21,212 bases of DNA from Candidatus Latescibacterota bacterium (GTDB taxonomy: Bacteria > Latescibacterota > UBA2968 > GCA-2709665). The position numbers and the translations under genes are program-made. How positions within the stretch are numbered: the first letter of the stretch is position 1; each line of letters opens with the position of its first letter. Where the stretch lies: assembly GCA_963662665.2 (NCBI GenBank), contig CAXXJS010000039.1:1-21212 (forward strand), written 5' to 3'. Below, one piece after another: positions 8,283-17,166 of this stretch. The notes beneath the pieces were generated by a model that did no database searches, was not told where the DNA came from, and worked only from the letters and a program-made list of their open reading frames with translations.

Positions 8283-8747
8283 ATGGGCATTGTAATGGGG
8301 CACCATCACGGATTTACGGTATCGGACCTGGAACGTTCGGTTGCGTTCTACCGGGACCTGCTCGGGATGGAACTGGTGCGGATATCCGAGCGGAAGGATC
8401 TGCCCTCATACGACAGGATTCTGGGTTACGATCAGGTCCACTTGATGATTGCGATTCTGCGGCATCCCGTGAACGAATTCATACTGGAACTCGTTCAGTA
8501 CGTTCATCCCGAAGTCGAAGCGCGGCCCCAGGAAAACCGGTTTCTGGGCGCATCCCACGTGGCTTTCGAGGTAGACGACGTGGATGATCTGCATGCGCGG
8601 CTGAAGGTCGCCGGTTTCGGGTCGATCAATCCACCAACGGACGTGGACCGCGACGGGGTGGTGGTTGCCCGTGCGATGTATGCGCTGGACCCTGATGGAA
8701 TCAGCATTGAGATGTTCCAGGAATTCGAGGACGTGATCAGGAGATGA
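8283..8747 (+). CDS. VOC (glyoxalase/methylmalonyl-CoA epimerase-like) family protein
   Basis: HHHGFTVSDLERSVAFYRDLLG, LELVQY, SHVAFEVDD and DPDGISIE give H/E/H/E metal ligands. Confidence 0.92.
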   Translation: MGIVMGHHHGFTVSDLERSVAFYRDLLGMELVRISERKDLPSYDRILGYDQVHLMIAILRHPVNEFILELVQYVHPEVEARPQENRFLGASHVAFEVDDVDDLHARLKVAGFGSINPPTDVDRDGVVVARAMYALDPDGISIEMFQEFEDVIRR

Positions 8748-8782
8748 ATGGGGCGTGGTCGCCTCCCGTCTCCCCACCTTTA

Positions 8783-9379
8783 CTATTTTGATATCCTGAC
8801 CAGTTCCTGCGGCCCGTCCGGATTCGCCATGCGTACGGCATGCCCCAGATTGAGCTCCCGGATCCGGGCGATTTTCTTTTCGATTGTCTCCGGGTCGCGG
8901 TCGTAAAAGCCCAGGATCAGCCGCCCGTCGTCGTTCACGTTTTCATAGGCGCGTTCGAGCAGGTCGATCCGGTCCTGCCGGTCGAACCCGTAATTGTCCC
9001 AGACGGCCCAGTAGATGAAATCGTACTTTCCGGGAAGACCGTGAGCGTCGATTTCGCCCAGCCGCTCCACGGGAAGCCGGGCGAAATGATCTTGCTGTGA
9101 GGGAAAGAATCTGGGGATGTCCCGACCCCTGCCCGCGCTGGAGTCGATGCCAAACGGTGTGATCGCGTGATTGGACCATTCCTGGAGACAACGCAGCAGG
9201 AAACCGTTGGCGCAGCCGATGTCCAGCATGGTACCCGGCCGATGGATTTCGTGTGCAATGAACGATCTTGCCCGCCTCCATGTTTCGAAGGACGGTCCGT
9301 CGACGCAGCTTCCGTTCATGGCGAACCTGAGAAGGCCGGGGTCAGAATTCAGGCTGCTCAGGTCGATGGTGTCGTTCAT
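8783..9379 (-). CDS. Class I SAM-dependent methyltransferase
   Basis: MLDIGCANGFLL motif I, FGID, YDFIY, DGRLILG. Confidence 0.8.
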   Translation of the reverse strand: MNDTIDLSSLNSDPGLLRFAMNGSCVDGPSFETWRRARSFIAHEIHRPGTMLDIGCANGFLLRCLQEWSNHAITPFGIDSSAGRGRDIPRFFPSQQDHFARLPVERLGEIDAHGLPGKYDFIYWAVWDNYGFDRQDRIDLLERAYENVNDDGRLILGFYDRDPETIEKKIARIRELNLGHAVRMANPDGPQELVRISK

Positions 9380-9464
9380 GTCATCGTCGTTGGCGATTGG
9401 TGGTCTGGTTTCCGGAACAGAACCGCTGGCTTTGCTCGACTTCTGGTATTCCGATATTTCGAAT

Positions 9465-10109
9465 CTATCGCGGATCGTACGTATCGGACCCCTTTGTTGG
9501 AAGCGGCACGGCCCAGATGTTGCGGTAGGCTACCCGGTCGCCGTGGTCCTGAAGACGCAGTGGACCAGCGGTTTCAATCGTCATGCCGGAGGCGGAACCG
9601 GTGGGGCCTGAGATCTGCACGTTATTCTGGATAACGATGCCGTTCTGCAGCACGGTGGCGCGGGCGTGTTCAGACACCTCCCCCGCCTCGTTCAGGCGGG
9701 GCGCTCGGAAGCAGATATCGTACGTCTGCCATTCCATTGCCGGTCTGCAGGCGTTCACCAGAGGGGCGGACTCAAGGTAGAAAGCGCCGCAGTCGCCGGT
9801 ACCCGGTATATTTACGTGCGAGGAGTCCAGAACCTGAATCTCGTAGAGGCCCTGCAGGAACACCCCGCTGTTGCCTTTGGCCTGCCCGGTAGCTTCAGGC
9901 ATGTCCGGGCAACGGAATTCCAGGTGGAGATAGAAATCGGTCAGCGGCTCGGTGTGGATGATATCACCGGTCCGTGGCGCGACCTGGAGGATGCCGTCTT
10001 CCACGGCCCAGCCGGGTTCGCCGCCGTCCCTTGCGGTCCAATTGCTCAGGTCCCTGCCGTTGAAAAGGATAAATGCGTTGGTGGGCGCCGCCAGTTGCAG
10101 AGTGTCCAT
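9465..10109 (-). CDS. DUF1080 (3-keto-disaccharide hydrolase) domain protein
   Basis: LFNGRDLSNW, LHLEFR, GNSGVFL, YEIQVLDS, WQTYDI, LQDHG..YRNIW. The start is moved to ATG 10109 on the basis of an AAAGGA SD. Confidence 0.92.
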   Translation of the reverse strand: MDTLQLAAPTNAFILFNGRDLSNWTARDGGEPGWAVEDGILQVAPRTGDIIHTEPLTDFYLHLEFRCPDMPEATGQAKGNSGVFLQGLYEIQVLDSSHVNIPGTGDCGAFYLESAPLVNACRPAMEWQTYDICFRAPRLNEAGEVSEHARATVLQNGIVIQNNVQISGPTGSASGMTIETAGPLRLQDHGDRVAYRNIWAVPLPTKGSDTYDPR

Positions 10110-10178
10110 CGACAAGTCCTTTCTTTTAGTCGGGTCCGGACGCGCAGGGCGTCGGAATGTGTATGCCGCGGCCGTTAT

Positions 10179-10207
10179 AGAATAATGCCGCCCGGCACGC
10201 CGCACAA
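10179..10207 (-). promoter_or_regulatory. Putative promoter for the DUF1080 gene
   Basis: TTGTGC, 17 nt, TATTCT on the minus strand. Confidence 0.4.
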
Positions 10208-10341
10208 GGCGGATTTTTGTAGGCAGGAGTAACGAAGACGCCTTTGTGGCGTATGCCCGCGGGCGTCATTCGGGTGTTATGATCGGAAGCACCAGAAACC
10301 GTCTAGAGACACGCACACGACAGACGATGGGAGGATGAACC

Positions 10342-11412
10342 GTGGAACACGTCGTCATCTACAGGGAAAAGGGACGATACGCCGGATGGCCGGCGAACTA
10401 TGGGATCTGGTCCTGGGGAGACGAAATTGTAGTGGGCTTCACGCTGGGGTATCACAAGTCGGACGGCGGATTTCACCGGCGCGACCGTGACCGGCCGTTC
10501 GAGACCATGCAGGCGCGCAGCCCGGACGGAGGCCGGACCTGGACGGTTGAACCGATGCCGATCGCCTCTCCGGAAGGTAAGGGGGTATCGGCGAACGAGC
10601 ACGTGAATCGCTCCCTGGAGATAGAAGTGGCGGCCGCGCTGCCCACGGGTCACGCCGAGGGGATCGACTTCAGCCACCCGGATTTTGCGCTGATGTGCGC
10701 CCGGACGGGCCTCTCGGCGGGCGCTCGGTCCTGGTTCTATACGTCGGCCGACCGGTGCCGGTCCTGGGACGGGCCGTTCGGTCTGCCCATGTTCGGGCTG
10801 CCGGGCATCGCGGCGCGGACGGACTATCTGATAGATGGAAAGGAGTCCTGCACGTTATTCCTGACATCGGCCAAGTCCAACGGGCGCGAGGGCAGGGTGT
10901 TCTGCGCCCGCACTGGGGACGGCGGGAGGTCGTTCGCGTTTCTGTCCTGGATTGGAGAAGAGCCCGAGGGCTTCGCCATCATGCCGGCCGGCGTCCGGCT
11001 TCCGGACGGCCGCATCCTGGTGTCCGTGCGGTGCCGGGGAGGCGACGCGAGCAGGGACGGCAACTGGATCGACCTGTACGGTTCTGACGACAACGCGGCG
11101 AGTTGGCGCTATGTCAACCGGCCGGTGGCCGAAACCGGGACCGGGGGCAACCCGCCCGCGATGGTGCTGCTTGCCGACGGGCGTCTGTGCCTGGTATACG
11201 GATTTCGGGACGCACCCTCTGGACTGCGGGCGGTGTTGAGTGAAGACGAGGGCTCGACATGGTCCGAACCCGTGGTCCTGCGGGCCGACGGAGGCGACCA
11301 CGACGTGGGCTATCCGCGGGCTGTGCAGCGGAACGACGGTAAGGTCGTATCGGTGTATTATTACGACGACGAACCGGACGGCGAACGCTATATCGCGGCT
11401 ACGATCTGGTAG
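10342..11412 (+). CDS. BNR/Asp-box beta-propeller, sialidase-like protein
   Basis: Five Asp-box-like motifs (SPDGGRTW, SADRCRSW, TGDGGRSF, SDDNAASW, SEDEGSTW) and C-terminal DVGYP. GTG start after GGGAGGA. Confidence 0.88.
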   Translation: MEHVVIYREKGRYAGWPANYGIWSWGDEIVVGFTLGYHKSDGGFHRRDRDRPFETMQARSPDGGRTWTVEPMPIASPEGKGVSANEHVNRSLEIEVAAALPTGHAEGIDFSHPDFALMCARTGLSAGARSWFYTSADRCRSWDGPFGLPMFGLPGIAARTDYLIDGKESCTLFLTSAKSNGREGRVFCARTGDGGRSFAFLSWIGEEPEGFAIMPAGVRLPDGRILVSVRCRGGDASRDGNWIDLYGSDDNAASWRYVNRPVAETGTGGNPPAMVLLADGRLCLVYGFRDAPSGLRAVLSEDEGSTWSEPVVLRADGGDHDVGYPRAVQRNDGKVVSVYYYDDEPDGERYIAATIW

Positions 11413-11488
11413 CATAGTCCTTCAGGAAAGCCGGATTCGAAAATCTTCTACCTTTGAGGATTCCGTAATGCCGTGTCATTGTACGGGC

Positions 11489-11516
11489 TTGACATTGCGG
11501 ATGAAGGGCTTATTTT
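11489..11516 (+). promoter_or_regulatory. Sigma70-like promoter for the Rid gene
   Basis: TTGACA, 16 nt, TATTTT. Confidence 0.55.
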
Positions 11517-11561
11517 GAATGGACATTCCAGGGAATCACTAACTCATTCGGAGGAGAGCAA

Positions 11562-12155
11562 ATGGCGGATCTGCACAATTCATGGCAACGGGACTTCGAC
11601 GTTTACGACCGTTTGGAGACGCTTGGGATCGATCTCGGGTCCAGGGAGGACGCGTGTCCTGCGCCCCAGGGAAGGCGGATTTGCATGGCCACCTTTACCC
11701 CTTCCGGGCTGGTGTTCACATCGGGTACAGGAGGCGGCGTCGGGGCGGTCACGAACGACGATACGGACGTGGAAGCCGGTTTCGAGGCAGGCAGGGAGGC
11801 GGGCATCTCGCACGTTGTAACGCTGCATTGGGCGCTGGACCCGTTCGGTACGCTCAACGACGTGTGGTATTGCGTGAAGTGCATTGGCATGGTGAATTCC
11901 GCCGGCGGTGGATCATTTTCCAAGTCGCCCCAGGTCGTGGACGGGTATAGCACGGTCTTTCACGACGTGTTCGGCGGCCCGGGATCCCAGTTCGCGGAAA
12001 GCGGCATGGACGCCTCGCTGTCGGGTTGGCACGCCCGGAGTGCGGTGGCGGGATTCGATCTGCCCGGCCACTGCAAGATCGAACCGGAGATGATTGTGCA
12101 GATCGATCCGGAACTGGCGCTGCGGGTTATCCGGGAACGCGGCCCGCACGTATAG
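11562..12155 (+). CDS. Divergent Rid (RidA/YjgF/YER057c/UK114) family protein
   Basis: RLETLGIDL, LVFTSG, VK.IGMVNS, VVDGYS.VF..VFG, HARSAV..LP...IEPE; GGAG SD. Confidence 0.78.
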   Translation: MADLHNSWQRDFDVYDRLETLGIDLGSREDACPAPQGRRICMATFTPSGLVFTSGTGGGVGAVTNDDTDVEAGFEAGREAGISHVVTLHWALDPFGTLNDVWYCVKCIGMVNSAGGGSFSKSPQVVDGYSTVFHDVFGGPGSQFAESGMDASLSGWHARSAVAGFDLPGHCKIEPEMIVQIDPELALRVIRERGPHV

Positions 12156-12178
12156 GGACGTCACAGAAGAACGATCCG

Positions 12179-12210
12179 GAAAAGGGGGCGAGAGATCTCG
12201 CCCCCTTTTC
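12179..12210. terminator. Bidirectional intrinsic terminator
   Basis: gaaaagggggcgaga-ga-tctcgcccccttttc lies between convergent genes. Confidence 0.85.
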
Positions 12211-12221
12211 TATATGCGGGT

Positions 12222-12257
12222 GTAGCTCAGGGGCGACGCATGCGTCGCCCCTGAGCT
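12222..12257. repeat. REP-type perfect palindrome overlapping the gene 3' end
   Basis: A 34-bp perfect palindrome agctcaggggcgacgca|tgcgtcgcccctgagct (12224-12257), with GTAG at 12222-12225. Confidence 0.75.
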
Positions 12258-13318
12258 CGGTAACGATCCTCATCCCCGGGTTCGACGGTGTCTTCCGACG
12301 TGGACACGTTCAGCCGGTCTGCCCGATCCTTTAATTGCTCCATGATGGCGCCCGGAACGTCGAACCCCTCACGCAGACGTTGCTGGCGGGTTCGGTGTTC
12401 GAAGTCGCCGGGCACGAGGACCTCGTCGAAACCGGGGGCCGGGGGGATGGCCTTGATATTGTCCAGGAAGGCGCGAATGCCGCGCTGATAGGGCGCCAGC
12501 GGCGTAAAAGCGCTGACGCGCATCACCTGCATGAAGGCGCCTGAAAGTGTACCTTGCTCCACTTCCGGAACGCCCGAAAGGCCGCTCAGCAGGCAGGTCA
12601 ACAGCAAGAGACCGGAGCCCTTGTGCGCCCCGAACGGCAGGAGATATCCGCCGTCGTAGAAGTCCAGGGGGTCGGTACTGGGTCTGCCGTGTTTGTCCAG
12701 GATATATCCTTCCGGAATCGACGACTTCTCGGCGCGGGCCACCTGGAGTTTGCCTTCGGCCACGACGCTCGTTGCAAAGTCCAGAATGAACGGAGCGGCG
12801 TCGCCGGTGGGGACGCCCACGGCGATGGGGTTGGTTCCCAGAGGGCCGCGGGTTGCGCCGTACGGCGCGACGGCGTCCACGGTCCCCACGCCGATGGTGA
12901 TGATGGCGATACAGCCGGCGCGGGCAGCGATCTCCGCGTACTCGCCGAGCCGTCCGAAGTGGCCGACCCGTCTGAAGCTGATGCAGCAGACTCCCGACCG
13001 CGTGGCGCCCTCTATGGCAAGGTCGGTGGCTTTTCGTGCGGTGTAGATGCCCATCCCGTTATGTCCGTCAACAATCAGGGCATTCGTACCCTGCTGAACA
13101 ACCTCGGGTTCTGCGGCCGGCACGATGGCGCCGCCGGCGATGCCGTCCAGATAGGTTGGAATGCGAAGCACGCCGTGGGAATCGTGGCCGGAGAGGTTGG
13201 AGTTGACCAGGATTTCGGAAACGGTTTCCGCAACGTGGCGCGGGGCGCCGGCAGCCGTCAACAGGTTGCGGGAAATAGCGTGCATATGCGCGGGACCGAA
13301 ACGGACGGCGGTGGACAT
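12227..13318 (-). CDS. Ldh_2 family (malate/L-lactate/sulfolactate/ureidoglycolate-type) oxidoreductase
   Basis: GHDSHGVLR, GHFGRLGEY, GTNPIA, LDFATS, PFGAHKGSGL, VLVPGD. Start at ATG 13318 (MSTAV) after GGAG. Confidence 0.93.
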   Translation of the reverse strand: MSTAVRFGPAHMHAISRNLLTAAGAPRHVAETVSEILVNSNLSGHDSHGVLRIPTYLDGIAGGAIVPAAEPEVVQQGTNALIVDGHNGMGIYTARKATDLAIEGATRSGVCCISFRRVGHFGRLGEYAEIAARAGCIAIITIGVGTVDAVAPYGATRGPLGTNPIAVGVPTGDAAPFILDFATSVVAEGKLQVARAEKSSIPEGYILDKHGRPSTDPLDFYDGGYLLPFGAHKGSGLLLLTCLLSGLSGVPEVEQGTLSGAFMQVMRVSAFTPLAPYQRGIRAFLDNIKAIPPAPGFDEVLVPGDFEHRTRQQRLREGFDVPGAIMEQLKDRADRLNVSTSEDTVEPGDEDRYRAQGRRMRRP

Positions 13319-13733
13319 GAGTAGCGCTCCGGAAAGGGCATTCGTTTGTGGGGCCGAACAGCAAGGGAGATATTGGAATCGCTCGAGGGTTCTGCCACAA
13401 GGCGAAATGCGTGCGTGACGTCCAGCCAATTTACCAAATCGGACGGCCGGTATCCAATAGAAGAAAGGCGGGCTCGAACAGAAGCGACAAGTTTTCAGTC
13501 TTCAGCAGTCAGCAAGAATCAAAGTCGAAGATCAAATTCAACGTCCACATCTCCCCAAATTCCCTGCCTCCGGCGGGTTCCTTGAAACCGGGGAGAGGGG
13601 GAGCAACACCAGATGTTGCGGGCTTTAACCACGGGCGCTATATTGGTGCCGTACATCCTGCCCTACGACGGCAGGGTGGCGTTTTCTGCGCTGATGACGG
13701 ACAAATCTCCATTGCGCGGTCAGGAGGATCTTA

Positions 13734-14738
13734 ATGAAAATTCTGGTGACCGGCGCGGCGGGTCAGGTGGGGTGCCGGCTGGTACGTCAGCTTCTGGACC
13801 TGAACCTGGAAGTCCGGGGTACCGTATTGCCGGACGATCCATGTCTTAGCCGGCTCGATGGCCTGGACGTGGAACTTGTGGCCGGAGACTTGACGGACGG
13901 GAATTTTGTAAAGCGAGCGGTCTCGGGAACGGATGCCGTGGCCCACACGGCCAACCTGGTTGGACCTTACTTCGAGGTCAACACGCAGATAAACCTGGAA
14001 GTGTCGCGGGCGTGCGGGCAGTTCGCGGACAACCTGGAACGCTATGTCTACGTGAGTTCGTCCGGTGTTTTTCCGAACAATGGCGAAAACATCGCCTGCG
14101 CCTACCATCCCGTGGACGAATTGCATCCGAAGCGGCCCGACAACGAGTATTCACTCTCCAAGTACATCGGTGAACTGATGGCCGAGCGGGTGTCCCGGGA
14201 GACCGGGCTTCAAATTTCCATAGTACGGCCCAGCCACGTGCTTTCGGGACGGACGATCTTCGATCAATTTACGGTTGGACGGGTATGCACGATTCTGAAG
14301 GCGGGACAGGTCGGGCCCCGTACGGAAATGTACATGGCCGACGGAACCGAACTGTGGCACGACGTCGAGTCGCACGCCGAAAGCCCTGAGCAACCGTGCG
14401 CCGTCCGGGACGAATCCGGGCGGCCATGGTACTACCAGCCAAATGACGCAAGGGATATCGCGCATTGCATTGTGTGCGCCTTGCGGTCTCCGGATGCCGT
14501 TGGAGAGTCGTTCAACGGCGGCGCCCCGTCCCCCTTCACGTTCCCGGAAGGCGCCCGGCTACTTGGAGAAATCACAGGGCGGGAACCCCTGGAAGTGACG
14601 GTACCGGTGCGCTGGATGTACGATCACGACATCACGAAAGCAAAGACGCTGATCGGTTACCGGCCAAAGGGAGACCTGGAGACGATGATGGCGTCGGCTG
14701 CAGCCTTTGAAGCGGGCGAGCCCGACTTCCGGTGGTGA
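13734..14738 (+). CDS. NAD-dependent epimerase/dehydratase (extended SDR)
   Basis: ILVTGAAGQVG, YVSSSGV, YSLSK (YxxxK); AGGAGG SD. Confidence 0.93.
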   Translation: MKILVTGAAGQVGCRLVRQLLDLNLEVRGTVLPDDPCLSRLDGLDVELVAGDLTDGNFVKRAVSGTDAVAHTANLVGPYFEVNTQINLEVSRACGQFADNLERYVYVSSSGVFPNNGENIACAYHPVDELHPKRPDNEYSLSKYIGELMAERVSRETGLQISIVRPSHVLSGRTIFDQFTVGRVCTILKAGQVGPRTEMYMADGTELWHDVESHAESPEQPCAVRDESGRPWYYQPNDARDIAHCIVCALRSPDAVGESFNGGAPSPFTFPEGARLLGEITGREPLEVTVPVRWMYDHDITKAKTLIGYRPKGDLETMMASAAAFEAGEPDFRW

Positions 14739-14820
14739 GACTCGGCAATCGGGTGATATCGATGCCCCGCGGCGGGACTCGACGAGCCCGGGCGTCCGAC
14801 GCGGCCGTACGTGTAGTCGA

Positions 14821-15579
14821 TCAGGATGCCTGCGCGGGCGCGCCGAGGAGAATGAGGTTACGGTTGGTGATGCGCTGGTCGATCGCCGTGATCTTGTAGG
14901 CCCCGTACCGTCCGGCGATCACACCCGCCGCAGCCGTGTACCTCGCGTAGTCGTCAAGATGATTGATGCGACGCAGGTAGATCCGGTCCCGGATGCAGCA
15001 GGGCATGGCCGCGAAACACGCGTTCGCCGCGCCGGCCATCTCCAGCGCGTCCCGGGTGCCTTCGTTGCAGGCGTGGATGCAGATGACGTAAGACCGCGGG
15101 CCCAGTTTCACGTCCTTGAAGTCAGATTCGATATACTCGACGTTCTCCATGGGCACACCCTGCTCGCGCACGATCTCCAGATAGTTATCGAAGGCCGGCC
15201 GGCGTTCCAGGTCCACGCAGACCACACGCAGTTCGCGAAAGCGCCAGGCCAGCAGGATGCCCAGTAGACCGTGACCGCAAGCCAGGTCGAAAATCGTCTC
15301 CACGTTGCCCGCGCGCCACTGTTCATAGATGGCCTGACCGATGCGTTTGTATGCTTCGAAGGTTTCAAACAGTTCCTTCACGCGCAGATATCTGGGGTGT
15401 CGGTCCACAATTCCCGAAATAAAAGCTGAAAGGGATTCGCTGCGGCCGGTTTCCGCCACGTACGTAAGGATAAGCTCCAGCCGTTCTCCGTCCAGGTCGC
15501 GTACCATCACGTTGGGATCCATCGGAAAACGGTCCAGCATGTCGGGTTGCCACAAGCCGTTGTATTTCTCTTTCGCCAT
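14821..15579 (-). CDS. SAM-dependent methyltransferase (Methyltransf_32-like)
   Basis: FDLACGHGLLG, VCVD, IHACN..T and MPCC motifs. The start is uncertain; ATG 15579 was chosen. Confidence 0.78.
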   Translation of the reverse strand: MAKEKYNGLWQPDMLDRFPMDPNVMVRDLDGERLELILTYVAETGRSESLSAFISGIVDRHPRYLRVKELFETFEAYKRIGQAIYEQWRAGNVETIFDLACGHGLLGILLAWRFRELRVVCVDLERRPAFDNYLEIVREQGVPMENVEYIESDFKDVKLGPRSYVICIHACNEGTRDALEMAGAANACFAAMPCCIRDRIYLRRINHLDDYARYTAAAGVIAGRYGAYKITAIDQRITNRNLILLGAPAQAS

Positions 15580-15684
15580 AACGTAGTCCGGGCAACGGGA
15601 TTCAGGTTCTTTCAGGACGGACAAATATAGCCAATCCGTTCGAAAGACGCAAAACGGGCGGAATCGGACCAGCGCGGTCGCGCC

Positions 15685-15920
15685 ACGCCCCCTACCTGGA
15701 TGCCCTGCCGCTGATTCAGCGGGTGGTGAGAGCATACGGCGCGCAGCGCTGCATGTGGGAATCCGACAGCGGCGGACCCATCGAAATGGAGAACCCCATA
15801 ACAGATTTTCCGGCCGCCGTGGCGTTAATCAGGAACCACGCGAGCTTCCTCAGCCCGGCCGAGAAGGACGCCATTCCATGGGGGACGGCGCAACGCTTTT
15901 TCTTCCGGAATCTGACTTGA
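15685..15920 (+). pseudogene. 3' remnant of an amidohydrolase_2 (lactonase-like) gene
   Basis: PYLDALPLIQRVVRAYGAQRCMWESD...LSPAEKDAIPWGTAQRFF matches the amidohydrolase_2 C-terminus. The N-terminal part of the barrel is absent. Confidence 0.72.
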
Positions 15921-15964
15921 TCGCACGATACGGAGATCATTGAACTTGAACCCTGAGCCGCTCC

Positions 15965-15981
15965 CTTAGCAGTCCGTTGAA
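15965..15981 (+). repeat. Solo end of the miniature TIR element
   Basis: cttag-cagtccgttgaa matches the element TIR and has the same CTTAG flank as the copy ending at 8054. Confidence 0.45.
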
Positions 15982-16090
15982 GGGTCGGCGAAGGACGTCC
16001 GCAGCGAAACGCGCATATTGCCTGGCTCGGCACAGGCAGCGCAGGAAACACAGCGAGACGTTTCACACGCATCTGGCGGGAGGACTGGCT

Positions 16091-17098
16091 TTGAAGCCCT
16101 TTGAGGATTCAACAGACATCGCGGGAAACGCGCCGCTACTGCGAGCGCGCATGCATGAGGACGGTTACCTCTTCATCCGGGGGCTGTTGCCCGGAGAGAT
16201 CCTGGAAGCACTGCGACGGGCGTTCCTCGAGGTCGCCCTGGAAGCCGGATGGGTCAATACCGACACGCCGACGGTAGAGGCCGTCGCGGATCTCGACGGC
16301 TTCTGCGTCGAGCCCGAGCCTGCTTACATGGACGTCTACGCCAAAATGTACGGGCTGGAAGCGTTTCATGCGCTTCAGCACCACCCGAACATCGTTACCC
16401 TTCTCGAACGAATGGCCGGCGAAGCGATTCTTCCGCATGCGCGCATCATCGCGAGAACCATCTTCCCTCAACGGGAGGCGTATACGACGCCCGCCCATCA
16501 GGACTTCATTCCCATCCAGGGAACAGCTGAAACGTACACCGCCTGGATCCCGCTGGCCGATCTGCCGTCCAGGATGGGCGGCCTGCAGGTCGCCGCAGGA
16601 TCTCATCGCAGGGGCGTGTACGACTTCAAGCCAGCCATGGGGGCCGGCGGTATCGAGATCACCGACCCGCTCGAAGGCGCATGGGTCAGCGGTCCGTTCG
16701 AGCAGGGCGACGTCCTCTTCTTCCACAGCATGCTCGTTCACAAGGGCCTTCCGAACCGGTCCGACCGTCTTCGCATGTCCATCGACGCTCGATATCAGAG
16801 GATTAGCGATCCCATTGCGCCGGGGAGCATTCTTCCCCACAGCCAGCCGAACACGTGGGAGAAAATCTATAGAGGCTGGGAAGACGAATCGCTGAAGTAC
16901 TACTGGGAGAATTACGACCTGGAAGTGGTCGAGTACGACAACAGTTACCACGACAGGCGCGACCGGATGGCCTTCGACATGGCCGAGCAGGGAGACGAAA
17001 CAGCCGTTTCTGCGCTACAGCGCATCATTGCGCGGCACAATGACCCGGCCATGCGGGAAAGGGCGGCCGAATTGCTGGCGCGATTCGAGGGAACCTGA
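16091..17098 (+). CDS. PhyH-family dioxygenase with C-terminal helical extension
   Basis: EDGYLFIRGLL, TPAHQD (HxD), AWIPL, GSH, FHSMLVH, RMSIDARY. TTG start at 16091 after GGGAGGA. Confidence 0.9.
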   Translation: MKPFEDSTDIAGNAPLLRARMHEDGYLFIRGLLPGEILEALRRAFLEVALEAGWVNTDTPTVEAVADLDGFCVEPEPAYMDVYAKMYGLEAFHALQHHPNIVTLLERMAGEAILPHARIIARTIFPQREAYTTPAHQDFIPIQGTAETYTAWIPLADLPSRMGGLQVAAGSHRRGVYDFKPAMGAGGIEITDPLEGAWVSGPFEQGDVLFFHSMLVHKGLPNRSDRLRMSIDARYQRISDPIAPGSILPHSQPNTWEKIYRGWEDESLKYYWENYDLEVVEYDNSYHDRRDRMAFDMAEQGDETAVSALQRIIARHNDPAMRERAAELLARFEGT

Positions 17099-17100
17099 GT

Positions 17101-17129
17101 CCTTTTCCGGTCGGGGAACGACCGAAGGG
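17101..17129. terminator. Hairpin between convergent genes (possible terminator)
   Basis: cctt..cggtcg-gggaa-cgaccg-aagg stem-loop directly after the stop at 17098. Confidence 0.4.
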
Positions 17130-17166
17130 TCCTATCCCCTTCAGACATTCTGACCGGCCGGGAACC

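Noticed and set aside
13690-13742. CTGATGA...GAAA suggesting a hammerhead ribozyme or fluoride riboswitch
   Set aside because: No stem II closes onto GAAA, and there is no matching 5' GATGG pseudoknot segment.
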